Assembly: GCA_036172245.1 (NCBI GenBank)
Contig: JAYWIR010000008.1
Span: forward strand, 2,356,001 to 2,420,000
Origin: Raillietiella orientalis
Lineage: Eukaryota
DNA length: 64,000 nucleotides
Direction: 5' to 3'
The notes beneath the pieces are model-generated. The model saw only the letters and a list, made by a program, of their open reading frames with translations. It had not been told where the DNA came from and did no database searches. A program made the translations under genes and the position numbers. Below, in pieces: positions 31,455-44,700 of this stretch (positions within the stretch are counted from its first letter, which is position 1; every line of letters begins with the position of its first letter).

Positions 31455-32782
31455 TCCTCGGAATTCACGGTTCCAAGGACTCCATTGCTCGGTTACGGTG
31501 GCATCTTCACCTGCTCCTTGGACGTCGATACGGAAAGCAGCTGCATTCGTTTTGTCTTTGATCTCCGGTGCGGGCAAAACCAGCACCCGACCGGCGGGGG
31601 AAGAAAAGTCATCTGGATTTCCAAGGATGATGCAAGAGAAGCTGTGCGCAGTAAGCGCATCCAGCGAGGAGGAGGATGCTGGAAGGATTTCGTCTTGTTA
31701 TGAAAGCAAGGACGGGCGAGAGTTCTGGTCTCCAGCAGAACTCGTGCCCGCAAGCACGGAAGACGTAATAGCACTCCCGAAGACTCGAAACCGGAAGTCT
31801 GCTGTTTACCCTGAGAGCAGCCTCCCGAAGGGAACCAAACTCTTTGATTCCTGGAAGGATCCCGGAGGGTCAACTTCCAATCCCGACCACTCAACGGGGA
31901 CATCCGGCTTCCACCAGTGCCTCAGCACATGGACAGGGAGCACAAGGGCAGCAGCCTTACGGTTAGATGGGAGGTGACTGTGTAAATCTCCGGCAGGAGA
32001 AGAGGACTGGGCGTGTGGACGACGGGCCAGCTCACCGACGCTGCGACCCTGAGTGCTCGACCTCACGGACTTTTTGCCTGGGGCACGCTCCTAGGTATTC
32101 CGGAGGAAGACCTGCAGTGGCCTCCGGAGCACATGAACATCTGCACCCTTTCCTTGAAGTGGCAGGAGTCTGCGCTGCTGCTGCTGCACTTGAACCTCCC
32201 ATGCAACGCCCTCCGGCATCTGTGGACAGGGGGGGAGGGATGGACTCAAATTGTGCAAGGCGCAGGAATCCCTTCCGCACCTTCTCTAGTGGACTGAGTT
32301 GGCCTCCGGCATTTTTGGGGACACTTTGCGGCGATTTTTGGAACCCCCGGTGGCAATGCCCAGAGACGTTTCGAAGCGCCTTTTCCTGCGCGACGCCCTC
32401 ACGCCGGCCGCATCCCCAGCAGCACTGTTGCCCACGCGATGAGACCGTGGCGGCTGCATGGAGCAACGCCAGAAGACAACAACAGGGACGCCATCGATTT
32501 TGCTGTCCTCTTCATGAGGATAGCGTCAAGATGGTCCCATCTGGGAGTCTTGAAATAGGAACTTGCTGGCATCCTTACAAGGATGCAGAGGACACCTTCC
32601 AGCACACAGTGATCCCTTCTAGACCCCCACCCACCTCCATTTTTCGTTTTTTTCTTTTTGTCCCCCCTTTCCGTGTGCTGCCGAGGCGAACCCTGCTGAC
32701 TTGTGTGCTAGCTCTCGGCAGGTTCCTTCTCGTAGTTATAAGTAACGTGGCAGGATCAAACGTCCTGACACAGACATGTAGA

Positions 32783-32982
32783 TTTTATAAATAAACGCCC
32801 CGGCGTGGCCGGGTGTCAACCAGTATCGCACCCGAACCCTTGTAGGCCAACCAGCATCATCCTGTGTAGAGGGACTGGTAGCCCACGACGCACTCGTGTC
32901 GGCAAGGATCCTTCCCCGGGCGGGATTCGAACCTGCAACGCGTAGTACCACCCACGCGCGGAGACCGCAGCCACACGGCCGC
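32783..32982 (-). mobile_element. tRNA-derived SINE-like element (about 200 bp)
   Basis: Minus strand GGCCGTGTGGC...GCAGGTTCGAATCCCGCCCGGGG (B box 32933-32923), unique body, AT-rich end tttatttataaaa. Confidence 0.5.
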
Positions 32983-33699
32983 CGATGTGCGCACCGAATC
33001 AAACGGACGCCCCTGTCGGCGAAAGCGTCGATGCAAACAGCAAATCTTTGCCTGTGGCGCCGAGAAACCGAAAAGCGAAAAGCTCGGGTGGCGACAGCTC
33101 CTGCGAAACCACGACGCCCCTCTGCCATCACCACACGTCTTTACGACGGGATGACGTCCTGAGCGCTGAGGAGATTTACGCCTCCTTACTCAACCTCGAT
33201 GGACTTCTCTCGTAGTGCTGCGGTGTTGACGGGGGAGGGGGAGAGGTGGAGAGAAAATTTGTGGCGGTCCACTGTCGAAAGACATGAAGGATTGGCAGAA
33301 AAAAGAAAAAAAGAAGCACCTCAGTCGCAAGTTGGCAGCACCAACGCAATCGCAGCCGCGGCCCAAATTACAAGCGGGGCCCTGGCTGTGGCGGCCGCAC
33401 CGCTTTTGGCTCCGGCGTCCTCAGGGTGTCGAAGAGAACCGGACGCGGGGGATGACGAATCTTGCGCCCAACCTGCAATGCGCAAAAGGGAAGGTAGGGG
33501 AAGGCATTCTCTAAAGATGCGGGAGCTTTGCGCCTTCCCCACTTGCGGGTAAGTGCAGACGCAGCGCGCGTGCCAGCTGGGAGCGCCGAGAACGCTGGGC
33601 AAATCGGACGGGAGCCTCTCACACGCACGTGCGCGTCTACGTGCATGCGGGAGGGAGGGGGCCAATAGAAAGGCAGGTCTCTAAGAGGGGTGCACCTGC

Positions 33700-34260
33700 C
33701 TTCTCCTTCCTCCAGTGGGAGCGAGAACCCGCTGCGAGGTGCCTTTGCGGAGGACCAACTCGGTCGACTGGTCCGCTCCGATGATCTTGAGCGCCATCGG
33801 TCCGTCGCCGGTCAGCGCGATGCTCCGACGAGATCGGCGGCGCTTCCTTGGCCGCCGCATCGGCCTTCGGGTCCATCGTCGATCAGCCCCGCCGTCAATG
33901 GCTCCCTCGAAGGACGGCCTTCGGATGCTTCTGGAGGACCGCTGGGAAGAGCTTCCCTGGTGATCTTCCCTGGTCGAACGGAAGGCTAGTGGCATCTCCC
34001 TGATCGACCTCTCTGCACCTCTGCGAAAGAAAGGCGATTCGCACCCTTGCAGCGGACCGCTGGCACCAGGGAAGAGACGCAGGCGTTACGAGGAAGGCGG
34101 CGACTTCGCGGCGATTGGTCGGCGGCACCCACTGCCTCCATATTTCGGTGCAGGCATAAGCTGCGCCGGTGGTCAGCAGCCTTCCGGCGAGCGGGAACTG
34201 CGTCGGCGATTCCAGGGATGGACGTGGAGAGTCTTCCCGGATGAGCCGGCTACGAATCGG
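33700..34260 (-). mobile_element. Decayed LINE RNase H relic
   Basis: REVAAFL followed by AVLRGSH...KADAAAKEA (cf. AEL.AI, W.PSH.G..GNEKADAAAKEA). Confidence 0.35.
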
Positions 34261-34781
34261 TAGCCCCGAGCGAGATTTTCCGGAGCAGAACGTTTTCGAA
34301 GGTGCACGGGGAGTGCGAGCGCGAGGCAGGGAGAGGAGGGGAGGAGGGAAGGAGATAGAAGAAAAGGAAGGAGAGGAAAATTAAGAAGAGAAGAAGAGGG
34401 GGGGTGAACACCTGAATCCACGGAATCGCTTAGGCTCGGCACTTCGCAGCCGGAAACCTTGCGGGGTGGGAGGGGAGACTGAGGATCTGGAGCGCGGATG
34501 CAAACCCATTCGATCAAAGGCCTCTGCCGCAACAAAAAGCGTCCTCCCACTGCTGAACGCCCGTCGCCAATGGGGACGAAGCCCGAAATCCCAAGAGGCA
34601 CCCTCAGGCGATCGAGAGACCCAGGAGGGACGAATGCTGCAGCAGGGTTCCTCGAGGCTGGAGGAACAAAGCGAACCCCAGCGGCTTCATCGAGAGTGAG
34701 GTCCAAGAAGAAGCTGAGGACGCGGTCTTGCTGCTGCCCGTACCATCCTGTACAATATGGTGCGTACATGTTTACTGCCAT

Positions 34782-34787
34782 TTTATT
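34782..34787 (-). terminator. Candidate polyadenylation signal of DDR
   Basis: AATAAA on the minus strand about 820 nt after the DDR stop codon. Confidence 0.4.
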
Positions 34788-35607
34788 TCACCACGTGGAT
34801 GAAGCACAAAAACCTCCTCTCTCCATCTCGCGCGGAGGGAAACGAGTGTCCCTTCTCCGGAGCATCGGGAACGAGCAGGGAGACATTCGCCTGCACGAGA
34901 GGGACGAGACATCCGTGGGCGTGGCCGTCGCCGCGCTCGAAAGAGGGTTGACAGAGCTGGAACCTCTTTCGGCACTGCAAGCTTGGCCTTCCGATAGGAA
35001 ATTTTCGAAAACCAAAGAAAAAAAAAAAAAAAACCAAAAAAAAAACCAAGACGAAAAAAATAATTGACCAATAAATAACGGGAAAAGAAAAGGAATATCA
35101 CAGACAAGAGGATCCGGAAGAGCGTGGTGCGATCCTGGGATTGTCCGACACACGAAACTGGGTTTCTGGCGCCTCCAGATGCGACAAAATGCACACGGGC
35201 AAACACTCGAATAGTATCGTGGGGTAGCAGCTGACTGCGGAAGACTTCCTGATATGTTGCCAACGTTTCTCCATGATCTCTCTGCTATTGCCGCCGTCCG
35301 CTGGTCTCTCTGCATGAAGACCTTCGCTCGGCTCGACGTCGCGATGGTAGCGTTGCTTCTTTGCCGTCCGTTCGCAGTTTGCATGGCTGGAAAAGCCAGG
35401 AACGTAAGCACCCACGACAGCTGCTACTGCTGCTGTTGCAACCCTTTGACATGCGCAGGTGAAGAGGAGAGGAGGAAAACAGAAAACGCCTTCGGCGGTG
35501 GGACTCACACTGGTGCCAGCACTGGTGCGTCCCCGCTTCCCAGGAAAGTTTTTTTGTTTGTTTCTTTGTTTTTCTTCTTCGGTTGAGGTCCCGGCGACGA
35601 GATGGAA

Positions 35608-35781
35608 TCACTGCTGCTGCTGCTGCTGCAGAGGGCTCTCGACGCAGAAGCCCAAGTTCTTCCTCCGCAGGAACAGATGGATCTCGACGAAAGACGGGCG
35701 GTCGCACTCGCTTCTCTTCCAGCACTCCAACATGATGTCGTAAATCTCGTTGGGGCAGTTGCTCGGTCGCGAAAGGAACGC
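35608..35781 (-). CDS. Ddr: DDR terminal exon
   Basis: [57 protein letters not shown]. Confidence 0.95.
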   Translation of the reverse strand, partial: AFLSRPSNCPNEIYDIMLECWKRSECDRPSFVEIHLFLRRKNLGFCVESPLQQQQQQ

Positions 35782-38700
35782 CTGGAAGGGGGGACACGCA
35801 CACTGTGGGACCCGGTAAGAAACAGAAGGGGGGGGGGGGGCAGCTGCCGCTCCCTCCGCGAACGCCAACCTGAGAATCCGTGTTGTGGTAGAAGTGGGCG
35901 AGGTTGGCGGCGACTTCCTCGTCGGAGAGACCGGCGAACGGCCTGCTCTTGGCCAGGGTCAGCACCTCCCACATGGTCACGGCGAAGGACCACACGTCTG
36001 ACTTTGTCGTGAACCTTCCCTGGAAATGAAGGAGAAAGGCAGATTAAAAAAAAAAAAAAAATTGCGGAAGACGAGACCGCGCCGCCCACTGCTGATCAAC
36101 CGCCCGAAGCGGCTTTTCCGGCGTTCCAGACCACTTCGTCGGAGGGTGCAAGCGCGAAAAGAGCGCTGCGGGCGAAACGCAACCATCGGAAGCCGCCCCC
36201 TGTATACGCCGAGGACGCGGACGTTCCCTTCCCTCCCCTCCCGCACGCGCGCGCACCTTTCTCTGGACACGCCGCCTGCCACGTCCGGCCGGAAGGACCA
36301 CCCGCCCAGACTTCCATCCCCCGCGTCATTTCGCCCCAGCCGTCCGGAAGGGACGCTCCAGCGGAAGTCGCGCGCGTTCGCCCCACGCTGTCGTTCGAAG
36401 TCGATTCCGTAACCCGCGTATCGGTCCTTCCCCATTCCACCTCCCCTTCCGCTCTACTCCTTGAGCAAGCTGCTGCCTTCGACCGGCGGGACGCTCGCCG
36501 GACACCACCTGGGTCGGGAGGGAGCAAGCAGGGTGCGATCAGCAGCGATACGCCCTCTGCCGCTGGTCTTCCGAGTCAGGCAGCTTTCACTATCGCGTCC
36601 TGTCCCCCCCTTCACCTCCCGTCCCCTTCCGCTCCCTAACGAGGCGGAAGCGATGATGGCGGCGCGCCGAGTGGCCCGGAATAAGATAGAAGGGGCAGGA
36701 AGGGAGTTGGCGTTCCAGGCACGCAAGGAAGGGGCACGGGGCCGCCTTGCCGCGTCATCCGAGGTCCGTCAGCAGCAGTAACACCTCGCCGCGATCTCCT
36801 CGACCTCCGCAGAGGGACTTGCAGTCTTCCTCGCGGGACACCGGGACCGCAAGGCCAACGGATCTTTCCTTCCGCGCCTACTTCGCCGAGAAGAATCGCC
36901 TCGAGGCATCCGGAATCGAGCCGCCGGCGTTCGTTCCTGCTACCCACGCAGAAGGGAGGACGCCAGGACCAACAAGTCCATCCTCGGCGAACCCTCCTCG
37001 TAAAGGGGAGCTTCGCAAGGGGCGCAGGAAAAGGTCCCTCTTTTCCCTTGCAGCAAAGAACGTGAGGTCAAATGGACTTCCGGGCAGGGAGGAAAAAAAA
37101 GGTGAACGCGGACTTACCAGAACAGGATACAGACAGGACCCCGGAAACCGGGTTCCCTGACGTCCTCCCTCCCACGCGCGAGACGTCCCGGACCACCGGA
37201 ATCTGACGGGAAACACCCGGATCCTTCCTTCCGATCAGATCCCAGACTTCCGCGCGCTGTACCACTTTAGCCACTTTCCTTCCGCCTTCAGGAGAGCCTC
37301 AGACCGAAAAGGGCCCCTCTCCGACGCAAGAGGAGGACAACTGTCCTATCCTTTTGAGCCGAGCGCTCGATCCCCGTCCCGAAGTTTTTCCAGGCCGGTA
37401 TGCGCGTCCACCACCCGCCATCCTCCGCCTCGCTCTCCCTGGCCGCAGGAGGTCTCGAGGCAGGGACCGCAGCGAGTCCTGATCGGAAAAGCATCGCGCA
37501 CCAAACAATAGCGTCCTCGTCCTCCTCTCTCAAACTGCCCGCCCTGAGGGGCCGCGATGGATTCGGTCACCGAGGAGACACCGCGCCTCCAGCGGAGGGG
37601 GCGGGAGCGGAAGAAATCCGTGGGGACGCGAGCGCGCTGCCCGCACCTCTTCCGCGGAGGAGAGGGGCAAATTACCAGGAACAGGCTCTCCCATGCCATC
37701 CAGCGGATCGGCAGCAGGACTTCTTGCACCTGGAGGTAGTCCGAGCGATACCTGCTCTGGCAGACGCCGAAATCCGATATCTTGATCGCGTAGTCCTTGC
37801 CCACCAAGCAGTTCCTGGAAGGAGGAGATACCTCGGATTAGTGAGTGCTCTTTGCCATCCCTTCGGTGCCCATCTCCGTCCCCTGGGAAGTCGCCAACGG
37901 AGGGAAAGGCCAAGGGGGAGGACCTCGCGACTGCCAAGAGCGAGATGCAGGCGGCACGGGCGTGGACATCTCGAAAACGGACGAGGCGGATCGCAGAAAA
38001 ATCGCATAGGAAATTTTTTTTTGGAAAAGGAATTTTTGACCCAAGGTCGTCGTCCTTTCCCGTTCTTTGCTGCGCCAAGCGGCCTACTGTCCGTGCGCTT
38101 CCTGCAGTCTCTTCCGACTGCGTCCAGTTTGCGTCCCGCGCCACCACCCGGAACGAGATCGCAGCCGCCTTGCGAAGTCACCCGCCCCTCGAGGACGGGA
38201 GGGGGTGGGAATGACAGCTAGCTGTCCGCTGGGACTATACGCTGGCGAGGTAGCCCGGACCCTCGTTCCTTCCCCCGAGGCCACCTACCGTCCACGGTGC
38301 GCGTCGCGGTGGCACGCCCGAGTAAGGCAGGCACGCTGCACTTCTTCCGACCCTCCATGGTGCGAAGCAGCAGCAGCAGCACCCTGACCCCCCCCCCCCC
38401 TCCTCCGTCTCACGGCAAGGGTCAATGGGGAGGAGGCAGAGAGCGCCAGCATGGTGGCCACACCCCGGAAGTGGGAGAGCTCGTCTCGGAGCATGGTCTC
38501 CCGTGGGGCCAGTGTCTCCACCAGCCCCTGGGAGATCTGTGCGCAGACGTCCCCATGCATGCGCTCGCTGCTGGGCACACGGCACCAGAACGCGTCTCTG
38601 CGCCTCCTCCCGGCTTCCTTTCCCGATCAGATTATCAGAGTCAATCTTGACCTTGGATCAGTACGAACTTCCAATAATCGGCACCGAGATGCTCCTAATC

Positions 38701-41700
38701 TGCATCCAGATCTATATGCCTTGCTCGACCCCCGAAGAGAGCAAATTCCTTCCGCGGAGGGATCCCCTGGAAAGGAACCGCTCCTTGCTTCCTTCTTCTC
38801 TGAAGAGAACCACGAAAGGGCGCTTCCCGATTTCCCCGAAGGATCCACTCCTCGAAGGTGGCAGCACGCTTCTAGATCCCCCAAGGGGGGTTCAACCAGC
38901 TCCGTGGTACGCGATGGACGGCGCCCATTTTCACAGCCGGAGGAGAACGCGGAGGTGCGGAGGGCGGCAAAGAACGGTAGACCAGCACAGGACAGCGCGC
39001 CACTCAACCTCGCGGAAGGAACGGGCAGAGGAATTCCTCCTTCCCGTTCCTCCGCAAAGCGGCAGCATCGCCTCTCGATCGCACTTCCCGGTCGGGTTTG
39101 GGACGCGGTGGGGCAGCGAACCCCTCCGCACCCCTGGAAGCGTGCTCCGAAAGCACTCGAGCGAGTGCGCCCGAACGAGGCCGTCTCGTGCGACCACGAG
39201 CGTCCCCAAAAGGTCGGCGCACGCATCGAACGGGAACATCGGGATCGCGGATAAAGGAGATAGAGCCGCCGATCCAGCCGGGAGAGAGGTGCTCGAGAAC
39301 GCCCCACCACAGCCCGCGTGCAGCCGCAGCGCACGGGGATATTGCCGCTCGGAGAGAGCGATTCGCCGGCCGGCGAGAGGTCGGCCGCGCCGCCCGACGG
39401 ACGATGACGTCCCGACGGGAACAAGAGAGGCACCGACGTCAACTTCCCGACGGACACCTCTACGGTGCGCCTCACCCTCCCCGATCGCGTATGCAGCGGC
39501 GCGACGCAGGGAAACGCCGCCTCGTAATGCAGGCGCCTGCCCGCCCCTCTTGGGAGGAACGGAAGCGGATCCGCCTACAGCGAAAGACTGCAAGACAAAA
39601 GAGAGAGAGAGAAAAAGAAATGAAAGAGGAAAGAAACGGAAAGTCGCTTGTCAGGGGAAAGTTTCTCCTAGCGTGAACTCCTCCCTGCTTAAAGATAGAA
39701 CCGGTAATGCATACACGCCGCCAGCTGTCACCTCTGGAGATAAAACACCCTCGACGCGTAAAAATAAACACCGCGAGCACCGATGAAATCGAGCCGCTCG
39801 CTGCCGAGGTGGCAGGCGACAGACCTCTCCATGGAGTCGCCGACTCGACTCGAAAAAGGGGGAAAGAGGGGAAAAGTAGCGGCGCGACCGAGGAAGGAGC
39901 CGGCACTTCCGGCTCCCGGCAGGGAGGATGAGACTCGGCAAATGGCGGATGCTTCTCAGAGGACCCCGGACCGACCGGTAGGCGATCCCGAAGCGGGGCC
40001 CTGCTCTTCAATGACGCCTGTCGATCCGGCTGGTCAGGAGCGCTTCGACGCGAGATCGGAAGACGGGCGTCGCGGAGCTCTGGGGAGAGCGTAGAAGGTA
40101 GTGGGGAAGGGTGCAGGCTGGGACATGGCCTGGCTAGACGGGAAAGCTTCTCCGCCCATCCGCCAGACTTCCCTGGTGCCGCAATGCGGCGGAGAGAGGA
40201 GTTGAAAGGTCCCACGTCGGCAGCACGCAGATTATCCAAGCCCCTCCCGGTCCAGAGTAGCCCCTTCCCCCTCATTTTCCTGGGTCTCGTCCTAACATCC
40301 CCCAAGCGCCCTAATCTGCTTATCCACCGTGACATAGCTCCTGCCGATCCTCCGCCTCAGCGTCGCGAGCCAGAAACTGCGCACGGAATGCTGGGACGTT
40401 TCCTGGGTTTCCTTGGTGACGCCGGGAGATCCTCGCTTCGCTTCTCCACTCCCGTCCCGGAGGATCCCATCGCTCAAACGTCGGCTTTGAGAAGCAGATC
40501 GGCGAGGAGGGAAACTTTTTCTTGTTGATGGATGCTCCGGTCGTGCCCTCGAAGAGCCAGTCATTAGACGCCTCTTTCAGTGGCCACCCAGCATCTCCAC
40601 GTGATTTGTGGAGCCTTCTGACTTTGTTGCTTTTCCTGCTTCCGGAAACCTCCTTCAGGAGTAAGCCTCAGCCCATGCCCAAGCACCGCGCCCATGCACC
40701 TGCTCTGCGTGGGTGAGCTCGAGATCGCCTCCTCCCTCCCACCAGTCAGTTCACCGGAACCCAGGAAAGGATTTCCGGGAAACATGCCGAGGGCGCCTTC
40801 CCCGAAAACAAGGTCTGGTGCTCTCGGTCGCTCTTCAGGCCGAGAAGGATGTCCTTCTGGAAGTCATCGTACACCTCCTGCTGCTGGATGGAGCTTTTCT
40901 TGTCTGCCACAAGGATGCTGCTGTTCTTGTGCCTCAGCCCGTTGCTGACCGCCTGCTGCTGCGGCCTGTCATCGAAGCTGGCGGGGAGACAGCGTCTCCT
41001 GTCCGCCCGCCTGTCTTCCGGATTCCAGTGCCTGCTCGGCATGCTTCTACATTCTGGTCGTGCGGACGAAGGACACCTTCGAGGCGAGTCTTCAAGTGTT
41101 CTCCTCGAAGCAGTCCGCAGTGACGGTGAACGCCTCGTTGGCTATCTTAAAGTTGCCCGAAATCTCCTTCACCATCTCTCCCGAGGAGCACAGGAGCGCC
41201 TCCAGCCTCGAATTCTTGCCGTCTTCCGTCTCCTTCTGCAACTGGCACTCTTTCTGGATCAATCCTTCCCTTTTCCCGGGTCGTCGACATCGGTGATGAA
41301 ATTCTTCAGGCAGATACGGGCAGCGCTATCCACAAGCTCCATCTCGGTGCCATGGACCCTTCCGGGAACTTGGTAGAACAGCTGTTCTACCACGTGTGGC
41401 CGGACACCGACATGGACTGCAGGCGGAAACTACCCGCTGTTCGGCTTTCCAAAGGCGAGGATGACCTCCAGCAGCTTTTTCGAGTTGTAGACCTCGTGGA
41501 AGGCAACCGTGATGCAGCGTCATCGTCGGTCGCCGGCCACCTTCGAGGCTTTCTTGGACCGGTTCCCCCTGCGCTTGTCGCCCGATGTCGCCGCAGCAAG
41601 CTCGTTGTCAGTCAATCGGAGCGCCACCGCGTCTGGCGCAGCTCTATCTGGCGTGTGACTCGGTCAGAGCTCGGGTGGACGTCGAGGCGACCGGACCCGC

Positions 41701-44700
41701 AAGCCTCGACCGAGGGACGCCGCCTTCCAGCTTGGTAGTTTCGTGCCGCCCGGAAAAAAGCCACCTCCCGAGCGCTCTTCCGACCACTGGCCCTCACTTC
41801 TGCACTTTACGGTTTTTTCGACACATCCCTTGGGTATGTGTCAAAAACCTCAGTCCTCCCGTGCCTGTAGACCGTGTTGCGTCCGGCCCCTGCGGGAAAC
41901 ACTTTGGGACGACCCTATGGGCCCCGGCTGTCAACTCCAAGGACGTTGCGAAATTCCTCTTCACACTGGATAGCCTACCGCCAGCCGCAGCCCCAGCAGC
42001 TCTTTACTGCATCTGCGGGACTGGAGGGACCCTGAAGGAGGGACACACGAGATGGAAGCCATCGAGTGTGCAGTTCGCTTTCTGCGGATGGCAGCCAGAT
42101 GGCCCCACCTGGATGCAATCGGGAGACCGACCCAAGCCGGTATCCTAAAAAAGATGCAGAGGGGAACCTCGCTGGTCTGTGCACCGGTAAAGCGGCAGGT
42201 CCAGGGACGAGCTGGGCGTGGCAGGACCATGCTCCTACCATAATTCTCGAAATCAACTCAATAGACTCCCCCGGAGTGCCCGGATGGAAATCGACACGTC
42301 CCCTAAGTTTTGTCACAGGAAGGACGGGTGAAGACCACTCTCACCCCTACCCCCACGAAGGACCTTTTTCGCTCGGTTTGATGACTTCCTGCCCGAGGTT
42401 CCACCAAGCAAGGAATGAAAGGGGGGCTCTCCCACTCCTTCCGATCCGAGAGAGATTCGAGCCCGGGTGCGAGTCGGACTTCCAGAACAGAGCGAACCGT
42501 TTGGACGGGGAAGAGAGGTGGTTGCCTTGCTGAACTGTGGAGATCATGGAGAGGTCAAAGGTTGTCCGACGATGGTAGACGGCGAACGAAGCATCTCCAA
42601 CTGGCGGGGAACGATTTGGTGCCACAAGGGGAATTCGGAAATTCCAAGGACGAGCAGCACTTCCGTTCTCAAGGGACGCGCAGGGATGCGGAAGTTCAAA
42701 AAAGAAAGGGAAGAGGGAGCGGCGGGGACTTTCTTTTGGCTTCAAAGGTCAAGGAAACAGAAGCACGCAGCAGAGCTGGAGAAAAACGGCGCCCCGCTCG
42801 AGCAGGATGAAGAGGGAACGCTCGTCACAAGTCGGACGCGACATCGCCTCAGGCGCCGCAGCTTCGAACTCGCCAGTCCCGTCCCGGACGCAGTGCTCAG
42901 GTGGACATAAGGGCAGTCGGCACACAAAGTCCGAAGTTTCCCCTTGCCTGCGCAGCTGCGGATGCGCCAAGGCCGGCCTCGACGCCGGTGACGTCACACG
43001 TGGGTTAATGTCGTCCTCCCCGAGGCCGATTCCGGCGAGTCGCCGGAAAGCCCGTCGACCCCGGAAGGAAAGTCCGCACGAAACCCAGCGCATCCCACAA
43101 AAATATCCCAAGTCCCCTCCAAGAGATCCGATGATGTTCGGAGGGCCGACGACGGTGGGTCAGCAAAACAGTAACCACGGCAAACCCACGACCAGCTGAA
43201 CATGCAAGTCAAGAGCAGCCCCAGCGCCCTCTTAGAAACACCGGGCATCATTCAAATCACCATTGGCATACTCGACACCATTGACCAGGCGAGAGTCAGC
43301 TCTTCAGTCCCCCAAATGGACTCCTTAAAAGTGGAAGACCCCTACTGATACAGAGACACACTGCGAGACGCATCCGTTACCACTGCCACTTCAACCATCA
43401 GCGCTCTTCCAGACATCTTCATCCACCACCAACAATCACATTGCCATCCTATTTGTTCTGCTCTTGCACCAACCGCCCCACGATCACAACCCCTCCCCTC
43501 CCCTCCTACTGGCACTTGCCTCGTCCCCCATGGCCAACCCTCACTGATCGCTCCGTGCCTGCTTCCCGTAGGAGGGATTTCCATCGTTCCCTCAAAGCAG
43601 AACACCCCCAGCCTTTCACGAGCTGACCTCACCTCTGGATGCGAAACCCCGTCTACACTAATCGCCCACGCTCCGTTCCTCCCACGAACCACCCACCATC
43701 TTTCTCACCTCAACGTCCACCGGCAGACTCTCACGTAATCTCCATCCCTACGGCTCGACCGACGCCTCCTCCAACGCCCTGGTCCGACACTCCCCGGTCC
43801 TCGCGACTTTCCGAAGGAATGCCAAACCTCGCGGAAAGAAGCTGAAGAAGACGCTCCTGGCTACCTTCGAAGATCTTCCTGCAGCTGGAGCCCGGAACAT
43901 CTCTAACGAGCATCCTTGCGATTGCTCAGCTTCAGGAACCATCATCTGCATGCGCCACGTGCCCTGCACGAAGTCAGGACTTCCCGAGCACCCTCGGAGC
44001 CAACAAAGCGCAACACCCAAATGCGTCTTGCCCCGAGGGCCAAGTGTCATCTTGTGACGTGATCGTCTACCCGTTGCCTCCTCCAGGCCCCGCTCGCCAT
44101 CCAGCGCACCCACCCCACGACGAGACTTCCTCGTCTCCGAGCAAACACCTCCCTCCGCAGTCTCGTCTTGCCGGCACCCGCACTCGTCGCCACAGACATC
44201 CCCCCAGGCGCTTCCGGCAGGGGAAGAGGAAGAGGAGAGGATTCCTGTATTTCTTCGCCGCCCGCACGGCAGGGAGGAGGGAACTCGGAGAGCGAACGCT
44301 TCGCGGAGAACCGAAGAGCGCACAGCTCCGGGTGCTGCTGCTGCCCGGCAACGCCGCGCTCCCGAGGAAGGGTGGTTGGAAGCGGCAGGCCCGCGGGAAC
44401 GATCGCAGATGCGAAAGAGGGGAAGAGGAAGGCAGCCCGTTCCACCTCCTCCGTCCGACTACCCGCCGCGGTTTTCAGGCCTCCCTTCCCCCCGATAGTC
44501 TCCCACCCCACGCCCTCGCCCAGGTCTCTCGGACGCGCGCGGCGGTAGCCGCCAGCGCCAACGGCTTGGGAGCGGCAGACAGCTGCGAACTCCTGCGCGC
44601 CTGGATCCGGGCGCGAGGGCGGGAGACGGCAGGGAAAAGTGGTCCATCACTAACCTCGTGGCCAGATCGCGGTGGACGAAATTCAGTGCCTCCAGGTATT

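Noticed and set aside
31500..32620. Possible transposase or pseudogene relic
   Set aside because: Looks coding-derived, but no motif could be matched with confidence.
38425..39786. Longest ORF in the track (453 aa) and the many other 150-350 aa ORFs in GC-rich regions
   Set aside because: Arg/Pro/Gly/Ser-rich, overlapping in several frames, with no domain or splice logic. Expected from stop-codon scarcity in high-GC DNA; part of this ORF is a LINE relic.
40750..41530. Penelope-like retroelement reading ([16 protein letters not shown])
   Set aside because: A much longer colinear match to FMNL formin in other frames explains the same bases.
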